NCBI GenBank assembly: GCA_963699255.1 | Contig: OY969425.1 | Coordinates: 720,001-752,000, forward strand | DNA from: an uncultured bacterium | Lineage (GTDB): Bacteria > Margulisbacteria > WOR-1 > CAVSGV01 | Reading direction: 5' to 3' | DNA: 32,000 bases | Shown: positions 8,435 to 16,932 of the stretch, piece after piece | Position numbering within the stretch: position 1 is the stretch's first letter | Layout: the number at the start of each line of letters is the position of its first letter | Notes under the pieces: model-generated | Told to the model about the DNA's origin: nothing | Database searches by the model: none | The model's input: only the letters and a program-made list of their open reading frames with translations | Translations under genes and position numbers: made by a program

Positions 8435-10165
8435 TTGGAAAACCAAGAATTCGCAAAGATATTTTTTGAAATGGCCGAACTCCTCGAACTGGGAGAAGAG
8501 AATCGCTTCCGCATCCGCGCCTATCAAAAAGCCGCTCAGAACATAGAAAGTCTTCCGGAGAACATCGAGTCGATCTATCAAAAAGGCGGCCTCTCAGCGC
8601 TGGAAAATGTTCCAGGTATCGGACAGGGGATCGCGGAACACATAGAGGAACTGATAAAGACCGGGAAATTAAGACCACATGAACAGCTTCTAAAGAAATT
8701 CCCGAGGAGCCTCGTCGAGCTGATGTCCGTCCCCGGGATCGGCCCAAAAACCGTCATTTTGCTCCACAAAAAACTGAAGATCGACAGCATAGAAAAGCTT
8801 GAGAGAGCGGCAAAGAAAGGCGAGCTGGAAGAACTTCCGGGGATCAGAGCAAAGAAAATCCGGAATATTTTATCCGGGATAGAACTCAAGAAGAGGAACA
8901 TCGGAAGGTTTTCGATCGGGACCGCCCTTCCTTATGCCGAGGCGATAGTTGCTTCGCTCAAGAAGCTGAAGGAGGTCGACAGGATCGTTCCCTGCGGAAG
9001 TCTGCGGAGGGCAAAAGAAACCATCGGCGACATAGACATACTTGTAACATCCAAGAAGCCGGAAAAAGTCATGGATGCTTTCGTCAAGCTTCCCCAGGCC
9101 GAAAAGATCCTCGTAAAAGGCAAGACAAAAACTTCGGTATTGCTGAAGAACGGCATGCAGGCCGACGTAAGGGTGGTCGAGCCGGATAGTTTCGGCGCCG
9201 CCGTTCATTACTTCACGGGATCCAAACAGCACAACATCCTGATAAGGGAAATGGCCATAAAAAAAGGTCTGAAGATCAATGAATACGGCATTTACAGGGG
9301 CAACAAAAAGATCGGCGGATCCCAGGAGAACGATGTTTTCAAGGCACTTGGACTCCCTTATATTCCGCCGGAGATCAGGGAAGCTGAAGGAGAGATCGAG
9401 GCCGCAAAAAAAGGTGAGATCCCGGTCCTGGTGGAGCTGAAAGACATAAGAGGCGACCTGCATATGCACACAAAAGCAACTGACGGATCCAACACGATAG
9501 AAGAAATGGCCGAGACGGCAAAAAAAATGGGCTATGAGTTTGTCGCCATTACGGACCACACAAAATCCACCAGGGTTGCCGGAGGCCTCACGGAAAAAGA
9601 GGCCCTCGCCCATCTTAAAAAGATCGATCGGGCCAACAGGAACATCAGCGGCATAAATATCATACGCGGAATGGAAGTTGACATACTGCCCGACGGCACA
9701 ATGGATTATCCCGATGCCGTCCTGAAAGAGATAGATATCGTCCTAGCGTCCGTGCATTCGAACTTCACGATGAACAGGCGTGAGATGACCAAAAGGATAA
9801 TTACCGCCATGAAGAACAAATATGTGACCGTCCTGGCCCATCCGACGGGACGCCTTATCGGAGAGCGTGATCCGTACGAGGTGGACATGGAACAGGTCTT
9901 AATGGCCGCGAAAGACACAGGGACTTTCATTGAATTGAACGCTTATCCGGCAAGGCTTGACCTGGACGACATACATTGCCGCAAAGCAAAAGAACTGGGC
10001 ATCCTGATAGCGATTACGACCGATTCCCACTCGACCTCTCAGTTCGAGAACATAAGATACGGCGTTCTCACCGCAAGGCGCGGATGGCTTGAAAAGAAAG
10101 ATATTCTTAATACCCTTCCATATGAAAAACTTGTTAAAAAGCTCGCCGTAAAGCGAAGCCTATAA
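8435..10165 (+). CDS. polX: DNA polymerase/3'-5' exonuclease PolX (pol X core plus PHP domain)
   Basis: HhH regions (VPGIGQGIAEHI, VPGIGPKTVILLHKKL), VPCGSLRRAKETIGDIDILVTS, GDLHMHTKATDGSNTIEEMAETAKKMGYEFVAITDHTKS, HPTGRLIG. TTG start. Confidence 0.95.
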   Translation: MENQEFAKIFFEMAELLELGEENRFRIRAYQKAAQNIESLPENIESIYQKGGLSALENVPGIGQGIAEHIEELIKTGKLRPHEQLLKKFPRSLVELMSVPGIGPKTVILLHKKLKIDSIEKLERAAKKGELEELPGIRAKKIRNILSGIELKKRNIGRFSIGTALPYAEAIVASLKKLKEVDRIVPCGSLRRAKETIGDIDILVTSKKPEKVMDAFVKLPQAEKILVKGKTKTSVLLKNGMQADVRVVEPDSFGAAVHYFTGSKQHNILIREMAIKKGLKINEYGIYRGNKKIGGSQENDVFKALGLPYIPPEIREAEGEIEAAKKGEIPVLVELKDIRGDLHMHTKATDGSNTIEEMAETAKKMGYEFVAITDHTKSTRVAGGLTEKEALAHLKKIDRANRNISGINIIRGMEVDILPDGTMDYPDAVLKEIDIVLASVHSNFTMNRREMTKRIITAMKNKYVTVLAHPTGRLIGERDPYEVDMEQVLMAAKDTGTFIELNAYPARLDLDDIHCRKAKELGILIAITTDSHSTSQFENIRYGVLTARRGWLEKKDILNTLPYEKLVKKLAVKRSL

Positions 10166-10200
10166 ACACGCTTTAGGGCTTGCTATGAAGCAAGCTGGAT

Positions 10201-10209
10201 TGTTATAAT
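10201..10209 (+). promoter_or_regulatory. extended -10 (TGTTATAAT) upstream of the 26-aa ORF
   Basis: Perfect TGnTATAAT; TTGCTA-like -35 at 10180-10185; AGGAGG SD follows. Confidence 0.6.
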
Positions 10210-10234
10210 GAAGCCGGAAAGGAGGGATCTTAAT

Positions 10235-10315
10235 ATGAACACATGGGGATGGATAATTCTCGTGATAATAGTCGTGGCTCTGGTTTACTGGTGGTGGACG
10301 GCCTCGAAAAAATAG
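10235..10315 (+). CDS. 26-aa single-span hydrophobic peptide MNTWGWIILVIIVVALVYWWWTASKK (candidate)
   Basis: ATG with AGGAGG-type SD (ggaaaggagggatcttaatatg) and an extended -10 TGTTATAAT at 10201-10209; not in the supplied ORF track because of its length. Confidence 0.6.
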   Translation: MNTWGWIILVIIVVALVYWWWTASKK

Positions 10316-10429
10316 TTCACAGCTAACAGCTCGCGGCAAACAGCCAACGGTATACGGCTGCTTTAAGCTGTAGGGTGGAAGTTGTAAGCTAAAAAGGCAT
10401 GCTACAAGCTAAACGAAAGGGGGTATAAA

Positions 10430-10567
10430 GTGGGAACAATTATTTTTTTAATACTCAGGCTTTCAGGTTTAGTGGATACAAGAATGGATTGGGTTATCCT
10501 TTGCTTCCTGATCTCTCTCGATACCATCGGGATCCCGAGTTTAATATCGATGGTCAGAAAGAAATAA
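10430..10567 (+). CDS. 45-aa hydrophobic peptide MGTIIFLILRLSGLVDTRMDWVILCFLISLDTIGIPSLISMVRKK (candidate)
   Basis: GTG start preceded by aaaggggg; hydrophobic product with basic C-terminus; not in the supplied track. Confidence 0.45.
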   Translation: MGTIIFLILRLSGLVDTRMDWVILCFLISLDTIGIPSLISMVRKK

Positions 10568-10573
10568 CAAAGC

Positions 10574-10640
10574 AAGAGATGTGAGCTGTGAAGTGCGAGA
10601 TGTGAAAATATACTCATATATCTCATTTCGTATCTCCCAA
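10574..10640. repeat. second, more degenerate GAGATG-type repeat upstream of rarA
   Basis: agagatgtgagctgtgaagtgcgagatgtgaaaatatactcatatatctcatttcgtatctc. Confidence 0.55.
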
Positions 10641-10653
10641 CTTCCGCCTCTAT

Positions 10654-10662
10654 TGTGATATA
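10654..10662 (+). promoter_or_regulatory. extended -10 (TGTGATAAT) 8 nt before rarA GTG 10671
   Basis: 5/6 match to TATAAT with the extended TG. Confidence 0.5.
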
Positions 10663-10670
10663 ATAGCCAC

Positions 10671-12038
10671 GTGAAATTATTCGAATCATCCGAAATGCCC
10701 GCCGGCGAGGCAGGACAGCAGGAAATCGACAAAAATGCCCCATTGGCCTATAGGATGAGCCCCAGGACGCTTGAAGAATTCGTAGGGCAGGAACACATCA
10801 TAGGCGAAGGTAAGTTGCTGAGGCGCGCCATCGAAGCGGACAGATTGTCCTCGGTCATCCTTTACGGGCCTCCGGGCACAGGCAAGACCGCCCTCGCAAA
10901 AGTCATAGCCAACACAACAAAATCGGAATTCAAGGCGCTGAACGCAACGATCGCAAAAGTTGATGACCTGAAAAAAGTAATTAAAGAAGCTAAAGAGTTC
11001 AAACATGCGCTTAACAAAAAGACCATCCTGTTCCTTGACGAGATCCACAGGTTCAACAAGCTTCAGCAGGATGTTCTTCTGCCTCACGTGGAAGACGGCA
11101 CGCTCACACTTATAGGAGCAACGGTAGAAAACCCGTTCTTTTACGTGACATCCGCACTTATATCGCGGTCGCAGATATTTGAGCTGAAAAAGCTGACCCA
11201 GGAAGAGATCAAAGCCATAATAAATAATGCCCTGAACGACAGAGAGAGAGGTCTCGGAAATTTCAAGGTGTCCGCGGATGATGACGCGATCGAACACCTG
11301 GCGAAAGCATCCGACGGTGACGCAAGAAAAGCTCTCTGCTCGCTTGAAATCGGCGTTTTAACCTCCAAGCCGGGCAGGAATGGCACTATCAAATTCACCA
11401 AAAAGGCCGCTGAGGAATCCATTCAGAAAAAAGCCGTAGTTTATGACAAGGCTGGCGACAGCCATTATGATACGATCTCCGCCTTCATCAAAAGCATGAG
11501 AGGTTCAGACCCTGACGCGGTCCTGTACTACCTGGCAAAAATGATCTATGCGGGAGAAGACCCGCGGTTCATCGCCCGCAGGATAGTGATATGCGCCGCG
11601 GAAGACGTTGGCAATGCCGATCCTCTAGCGCTTGTCGTCGCGAATTCCGCTATGCAGGTGGCTGAATTCGTCGGGATGCCGGAAGCGCGCATCCCTCTCG
11701 CCCAGGCCGCTGTTTACGTTGCCACTGCACCGAAAAGCAATGCCGCTTACATGGGGATCGAAAAAGCGCTGGGGGATGTTAAAAACGGCGTAACAATGGA
11801 GGTTCCCGATCATCTTAAGGGAACCGGGTATTCAGGCGCGGAAAAACTGGGGCACGGCATAGGATATAAGTATGCCCACGACTATGAAGGCGGTTTTGTG
11901 AAACAGGATTATATCCCGCAGAAAAAGAATTATTACGAACCAACAGACAGAGGTTTTGAGGCGAAGATCAAGAAAAGGATGGAAGATCTGAGAAAATCAC
12001 CGGCAATCCACCCCGAAAAATCCGGACAGGACTCATAA
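10671..12038 (+). CDS. rarA: replication-associated recombination protein A (MgsA/RarA AAA+ ATPase)
   Basis: RTLEEFVGQEHIIGEGKLLRRAI, VILYGPPGTGKTALAKVIA, ILFLDEIHRFNKLQQDVLLPHVEDGTLTLIGATVENPFF, HYDTISAFIKSMRGSDPDAVLYYLAKMIYAGEDPRFIARRIVICAAEDVG. Confidence 0.96.
   Translation: MKLFESSEMPAGEAGQQEIDKNAPLAYRMSPRTLEEFVGQEHIIGEGKLLRRAIEADRLSSVILYGPPGTGKTALAKVIANTTKSEFKALNATIAKVDDLKKVIKEAKEFKHALNKKTILFLDEIHRFNKLQQDVLLPHVEDGTLTLIGATVENPFFYVTSALISRSQIFELKKLTQEEIKAIINNALNDRERGLGNFKVSADDDAIEHLAKASDGDARKALCSLEIGVLTSKPGRNGTIKFTKKAAEESIQKKAVVYDKAGDSHYDTISAFIKSMRGSDPDAVLYYLAKMIYAGEDPRFIARRIVICAAEDVGNADPLALVVANSAMQVAEFVGMPEARIPLAQAAVYVATAPKSNAAYMGIEKALGDVKNGVTMEVPDHLKGTGYSGAEKLGHGIGYKYAHDYEGGFVKQDYIPQKKNYYEPTDRGFEAKIKKRMEDLRKSPAIHPEKSGQDS
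10696..10722. repeat. GC-rich element TGCCCGCCGGCGAGGCAGGACAGCAGG inside the rarA N-terminus
   Basis: Encodes MPAGEAGQQ between MKLFESSE and the conserved RarA start. Confidence 0.5.
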
Positions 12039-12042
12039 ATCA

Positions 12043-12786
12043 ATGGACGCAGCAAAGATAAAAAAACTGCTCGCCAATATCAAGAACGGCAAAATCCCCC
12101 TTGAAGAAGCTTACAGCCGATTGAAACATCTTCCCTTCGAGGACATAGGGTTTGCAAAATTGGACACGCACAGGGCGATGAGAAAAGGATTTCCCGAGGT
12201 GATCTACTGCCAGGGAAAGACGATGCCTCAGATCAAAGAAATATTCAAAAGATTATCCGATAACCACAAGAACATCATGGCAACAAGAGCTGATAAGGAA
12301 GTGTTCAAAGCCATCAGATCAATAAAACCATCGGCAAAATATCATGAGATAGCCGGGATAGTAACGATCGGTAAAGGGGAAGCGGGAAAAGGCAGGACCC
12401 TTGTGATCACCGCCGGTACAGCCGATATCCCCGTCGCTGAAGAAGCGGCTGTAACAGCCGCATTCCTCGGCAACTCGGTCACAAGATTGTATGATATCGG
12501 CGTTGCGGGGCTCCACAGGATCATCGGCAATATGGATAAGCTGAGCGGATCCGATGTTATCATCGTTGTCGCAGGAATGGAAGGCGCCCTCGCATCTGTG
12601 GTCGGCGGATTAACCGACAAACCGGTAATAGCGGTCCCTACCTCGATAGGTTACGGCGCCTCGTTCAAAGGTCTTGCCGCGCTGCTTTCCATGCTGAACT
12701 CCTGCGCTCCCGGAGTGGCGGTTGTCAATATTGATAACGGCTTTGGAGCCGGCTGCATGGCCGCTATCATCAACAAAAGCAAATAA
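12043..12786 (+). CDS. larB: nickel pincer cofactor biosynthesis protein LarB
   Basis: AIRC/PurE-like core: VITAGTADIPVAEEAAVTAAFLGNSVTRLYDIGVAGLHRI, VVAGMEGALASVVGGL, PVIAVPTSIGYGASFKG. Confidence 0.93.
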   Translation: MDAAKIKKLLANIKNGKIPLEEAYSRLKHLPFEDIGFAKLDTHRAMRKGFPEVIYCQGKTMPQIKEIFKRLSDNHKNIMATRADKEVFKAIRSIKPSAKYHEIAGIVTIGKGEAGKGRTLVITAGTADIPVAEEAAVTAAFLGNSVTRLYDIGVAGLHRIIGNMDKLSGSDVIIVVAGMEGALASVVGGLTDKPVIAVPTSIGYGASFKGLAALLSMLNSCAPGVAVVNIDNGFGAGCMAAIINKSK

Positions 12787-12808
12787 AGTAACTTAAACCC
12801 CCTCTCTA

Positions 12809-12831
12809 TCTCCCCCTTACTAAGGGGGAGA
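12809..12831. repeat. perfect hairpin TCTCCCCCTT-ACT-AAGGGGGAGA between larB and larC
   Basis: 10-bp perfect inverted repeat with 3-nt spacer, read directly. Confidence 0.85.
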
Positions 12832-12889
12832 AGTCTCAAGCACAAGCGAGAGACAGAAGGGGTAAGGTTTTGTTGGTTAGCCTTATATG

Positions 12890-12898
12890 TGTTAAAAT
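12890..12898 (+). promoter_or_regulatory. extended -10 (TGTTAAAAT) 7 nt before larC ATG 12906
   Basis: 5/6 match to TATAAT; TTGTTG-like -35 at 12870-12875 with 17-nt spacing. Confidence 0.5.
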
Positions 12899-12905
12899 AT
12901 GATCC

Positions 12906-14084
12906 ATGAAAATAGCCTACTTTGATTGCCCCACAGGCATCTCCGGGAACATGATACTGGCCGCGCTGCTGGATGCGGGCTTAAGCCTTCCATATCTCAC
13001 GAGAGAACTGAAAAAACTGAGCATTAAAGGATACTCGCTTAAGCTCACAAGCGTTTCAAGGAACGGCTTCAGGGCCAAACATCTTGACGTTGTCATCAAG
13101 GAAAATAAGGACGAGAGATCGATAAAAGAGATATATAAGATCATAGACAAAAGCGCGCTTAAACATAGCGTTAAAGCTTTAAGCAAAAACATCTTCAACG
13201 CTCTTTACAAGGCTGAATCCCGCGTTCACGGGAAGAACATCTCACATCTTCACGAAACCGGCGCGATAGACGCGATCATCGACATTGTCGGCGCGGCAAT
13301 AGGTCTCGATAAACTCGGTATCGAAGAGGTTTATTGTTCTCCCCTACCCTTCGGATACGGACCTATCAAAAGCAGCCACGGGACGCTTCCAAATCCCGCT
13401 CCCGCCACAGCGGAACTTCTTTCCGGCGTGCCCGTTTATAAAAAGAACATAAGAGGCGAGCTTGTGACGCCCACCGGCGCAGCGATAATCAGCACAATAG
13501 CCAAAAGCTTTACAGATATGCCAAAGCTTGAGCTTAAAATGACCGGGCTCGGCGCCGGGACTTTTAGCTTCCCCGAAGCCAACATTTTAAGATTGTTCGT
13601 CGGTGAGGCAAATGAAAGTTTCTCCGAAGACATTGCCGCTGCCATAGAAACTAGCATAGACAACCTTAACCCTGAGTTCTATGACCATGTCATTGCCTCC
13701 CTGATGAAAGCGGGGGCCTTTGATGCCCACATAACTTTTGCGAACATGAAAAAGAAACGCCCGGGCGTGATACTCTCGGTATTGTCCGACCTCAAGAACA
13801 AGGACAAACTGATCGACAAGGTTTTCAGCGAAACGACAACGCTGGGTGTCAGGACCTACCTGGTCAAGAGGGAAAAACTTGACAGGTGCTTCGGACAGGT
13901 GAAAACTAAATATGGGAGCGTTGCCGTCAAGATCGGGAAGATCGGAAAGACCGTCAAGAACCTCTCCCCTGAATATGAGGACTGCGCAAAGCTGTCCAGA
14001 AAAAAAGGCGTTCCTCTGAAGATCATTTACGACGAAGCAAAGTCAGAGGCATTAAAAAAGTGGCCTGCCGTCAGTGATCGATAG
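12906..14084 (+). CDS. larC: nickel pincer cofactor biosynthesis protein LarC
   Basis: DCPTGISGNMILAALLDAG, HLHETGAIDAIIDIVGAAIGLDKLG, SPLPFGYGPIKSSHGTLPNPAPATAELL, GELVTPTGAAII. Confidence 0.95.
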   Translation: MKIAYFDCPTGISGNMILAALLDAGLSLPYLTRELKKLSIKGYSLKLTSVSRNGFRAKHLDVVIKENKDERSIKEIYKIIDKSALKHSVKALSKNIFNALYKAESRVHGKNISHLHETGAIDAIIDIVGAAIGLDKLGIEEVYCSPLPFGYGPIKSSHGTLPNPAPATAELLSGVPVYKKNIRGELVTPTGAAIISTIAKSFTDMPKLELKMTGLGAGTFSFPEANILRLFVGEANESFSEDIAAAIETSIDNLNPEFYDHVIASLMKAGAFDAHITFANMKKKRPGVILSVLSDLKNKDKLIDKVFSETTTLGVRTYLVKREKLDRCFGQVKTKYGSVAVKIGKIGKTVKNLSPEYEDCAKLSRKKGVPLKIIYDEAKSEALKKWPAVSDR

Positions 14085-14111
14085 CGTGTGACATCCTGTT
14101 CCCTTAAGAAG

Positions 14112-15251
14112 CTAATCCAGCACTACCAGTTTCCCGCTCCCGATGACACTGTCGCCCGAGATTATCTTGTAAATATACATGCCGTTACCGGCGACTTCGC
14201 CGCCGAGAGACCTTCCGTCCCAGTTCACCTGGTTCGTCCCGCCCCTGCCCCCGTTCGTGCCGGAGCTGAACCTCATCCTCTTTACTTCCTGTCCCGTTAT
14301 GTCATATATGATTATTGTGGTCGCCGCGTCCCTGGACAGCGTATATTGAATGGTCGTAGTAACACCTGACAGAGGACTGAACGGATTGGGATAATTATAT
14401 ATCCCTCCCACGACCTGGACCGCCCCGCTTAATATCTTGGCTTCCATCGTGATGTCGCGGGCCTCAGCGTTTATGTTCTCCAGATGAAAAGCTAACAGAC
14501 GCTTCTGATGGGAACTCGGTATTACCTTGAAGTTGGTCAGCCATGTCCCGTACACAGGGCTTCCGGAAATGAGGCTTAACGGGGGGTAAACGGGAATATT
14601 GTCAACGCTCAACACTACGGAAGTAACCCCAACCCCTACTTCGCTGGATATGACAGCTTCCAGGCTTACGTTCGATGATATTATGTCTCCCGACCTGAAC
14701 ACCACGCCGTTTATCCTTACCGATACTATCGACATGACCAGAGCCTGGGCTTCCGGCGTAAAAATGTTTGACACTTCAAAAGAAGGAACCGCCCATTCTA
14801 ACGGCATGGGAGGGTCACCCGCGTCAAGTGTTGAAGAAAGCTGGGAATCGCCGTAATAGCTGGATGATTCGACATTGGGGCCGTTCCATGCCCTCACGTA
14901 GATATGGCTTCCATCGATCAGGGATTGGCTGCCCGCGAAATCCCTGATGAACGCGCCGTCGCCAATCCCGCCCTCCCCTACGGATCCCGTCCATATGATA
15001 GAATCTCCGCCTGTCGGCACGCCGGTCTGGCCCGGAGCATGGATCGTCTCTTCTGACGCATAAATGACCTGGATAACTTCTCCGGTAGGCATCTTGGCGC
15101 CGTCATTGTCATATATTGCCTGGTTCGTCCCGTCCATCAGAACATCAATGGTTACCGCTTCCGCCTGCTGCGGAACGATCAATGACCAGATCCCAATGAC
15201 AAATAAACCCCCGATAACAAACAAACAATTTACAAATTTGTCATATGTCAT
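14112..15251 (-). CDS. secreted protein with C-terminal FlgD-Ig/T9SS-tail-like domain
   Basis: YNYPNPFSP…TTIQYTLSRDAATTIIIYDITGQEVKRM…NQVNWDGRSLGGEVAGNGMYIYKI. The track ORF starts at 15344, but ATG 15251 has an AAGGAG SD and a hydrophobic signal-like segment follows. Confidence 0.85.
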   Translation of the reverse strand: MTYDKFVNCLFVIGGLFVIGIWSLIVPQQAEAVTIDVLMDGTNQAIYDNDGAKMPTGEVIQVIYASEETIHAPGQTGVPTGGDSIIWTGSVGEGGIGDGAFIRDFAGSQSLIDGSHIYVRAWNGPNVESSSYYGDSQLSSTLDAGDPPMPLEWAVPSFEVSNIFTPEAQALVMSIVSVRINGVVFRSGDIISSNVSLEAVISSEVGVGVTSVVLSVDNIPVYPPLSLISGSPVYGTWLTNFKVIPSSHQKRLLAFHLENINAEARDITMEAKILSGAVQVVGGIYNYPNPFSPLSGVTTTIQYTLSRDAATTIIIYDITGQEVKRMRFSSGTNGGRGGTNQVNWDGRSLGGEVAGNGMYIYKIISGDSVIGSGKLVVLD

Positions 15252-15351
15252 TTTTGATCTCCTTGTCATTTGTCCCGCCACCTTATTATTAATATCTAAT
15301 GTGTTACGGGATCCCGCTCTGCGGGAATATTTGAAATTGGTCATTCCATTC

Positions 15352-16908
15352 TTAAGGTTTAGGCCTTAACCCCCACATCAACGGACTTGGCTTTCTTCTG
15401 TTATAGAAATATCCTTTGTCAGGCTCTATCGCCCATGTTGGCGCAAGCCCTGTATTTACATCGATCCAGGTCCCCGATAACGAAAGATATGCCTCGTTAA
15501 AATCCGTTGTCCCAGGTATGTACTGGTAGATCACGTCCGCCGTTCCCGCGTCCCCCGTCCCGGCCCCCGATTCATAAAGATTTGAATTATCCAGGGTCAT
15601 CGGCTCCGCCTGCCCGGCGGCGATCAAGCTGAATCCGGACTCCATCGTAGACGGCCCCATGTATCCTCCCACCGCTCCAAACTGAGTCCCTGTAACGTTG
15701 GACATATTCGACCAGTTTGGTGCTGCATCATCCGACTTTATAGCGAAAAACTTCAGCCCAGCCGACAGTCCCCCGATGGTCACTTCCTGTGTTAAACCGT
15801 AATTCAGCGGCGCAGGCGTTGCGTAAGCAGGATCTACGGACGTCGCAAGATACCAGTCCACGAACCCTTCAAGAGTAGATGCTATGATCGGCTCCGAGCT
15901 GTACCTTATGTCATATCCCGACACATTGACATGATCGCCCAATCTGTCAGTATCGTACGGCGCTGTCCATTCCAGCGTCACCGTGTATGATCCCGCGCTC
16001 CCTCCAGAATCCTTTATCCTGAGGTCCGTTATTGTCTGCGGCGGCGTATTATCCGGGATGCGCAGCGTATGGAATGGTACAGATGTACTCCAGCCGCTTT
16101 CTCCAAATGAATTCCCCGCTTTCACCTTCACCCAATAATCAGTATCGTCGGACAGCCCCGTCATCCCTATCGACTTCAAGTCAGTCGAGTTCGGCGACGG
16201 ATAACGCTGCGTATTATACGACGGCGAGGACGTCCATCCGTTCGCGTTCGAGTCCAGTCCCCAGCTTATCACATAGTATCTCGCTCCAAAGGATGCCTCA
16301 AAAGTCGCCGTTGCGCTGGTAGTAGAAGGAGTCGGCACCAGTCCTGTGGGCGTGTCCGGCGCGGTCTTTGAGAACATTACCTGAAAATCTGAAAGCGCTA
16401 TCTCATTCGGCACTGGCGGCGTGTCCGGATTCGTGGTCGCAGTGAATATCTGGGATTCTCCGAACTTTGAATTGATTAAGCTGGGATCATTGTCCCACGC
16501 ACGCACGTAAAAGTAATTAACGCTCTCCTGCCCCGTTATACCATGATAGAACTTACCAGCCAGACTTGAAAACGAATCGTACTTATCCGCGTCATCTCCC
16601 ACATAATATGATTGCACAAAGCTCTCTCCGACCCCTACATTCCCGTCGCTCTGAGGACCAATTATATAGTTGTTTGACGCGTTTATGTACTGCAGCAGCT
16701 TCCCCGATGCCAGCGCAGACCCGGTATCATCCTTCACCGTCCCGAACGTGCTGAACCCCAGAGGTGCGGTGTACGGCGCCTGGTTAGGCGCGCAGCCCGC
16801 GTTCACCGAATAGTACGCGCAGTACGCTGGGCTCACCCAGCCTCCCATTATCACGATCAGCATAAAGATCAGTACCTTTAGCTTCCTTTTCATTTTATTT
16901 TTCTCCAT
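15352..16908 (-). CDS. secreted fibronectin type III domain protein
   Basis: Signal peptide MKRKLKVLIFMLIVIMGGWVSPAYC; FnIII-like stretches (SLTVEWTAP…LGDHVNVSGYDIRYSSEPI, YWVKVKAGNSFGESGWS). SD AAGGAGG upstream. Confidence 0.85.
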   Translation of the reverse strand: MEKNKMKRKLKVLIFMLIVIMGGWVSPAYCAYYSVNAGCAPNQAPYTAPLGFSTFGTVKDDTGSALASGKLLQYINASNNYIIGPQSDGNVGVGESFVQSYYVGDDADKYDSFSSLAGKFYHGITGQESVNYFYVRAWDNDPSLINSKFGESQIFTATTNPDTPPVPNEIALSDFQVMFSKTAPDTPTGLVPTPSTTSATATFEASFGARYYVISWGLDSNANGWTSSPSYNTQRYPSPNSTDLKSIGMTGLSDDTDYWVKVKAGNSFGESGWSTSVPFHTLRIPDNTPPQTITDLRIKDSGGSAGSYTVTLEWTAPYDTDRLGDHVNVSGYDIRYSSEPIIASTLEGFVDWYLATSVDPAYATPAPLNYGLTQEVTIGGLSAGLKFFAIKSDDAAPNWSNMSNVTGTQFGAVGGYMGPSTMESGFSLIAAGQAEPMTLDNSNLYESGAGTGDAGTADVIYQYIPGTTDFNEAYLSLSGTWIDVNTGLAPTWAIEPDKGYFYNRRKPSPLMWGLRPKP

Positions 16909-16932
16909 CTCTTTTCCTCCTTAAAATTAAAT

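Noticed and set aside
8412-11813. Minus-strand ORFs such as 8412..8747, 8870..9613 and 10686..11297
   Set aside because: Antisense to polX and rarA, which have strong family motifs.
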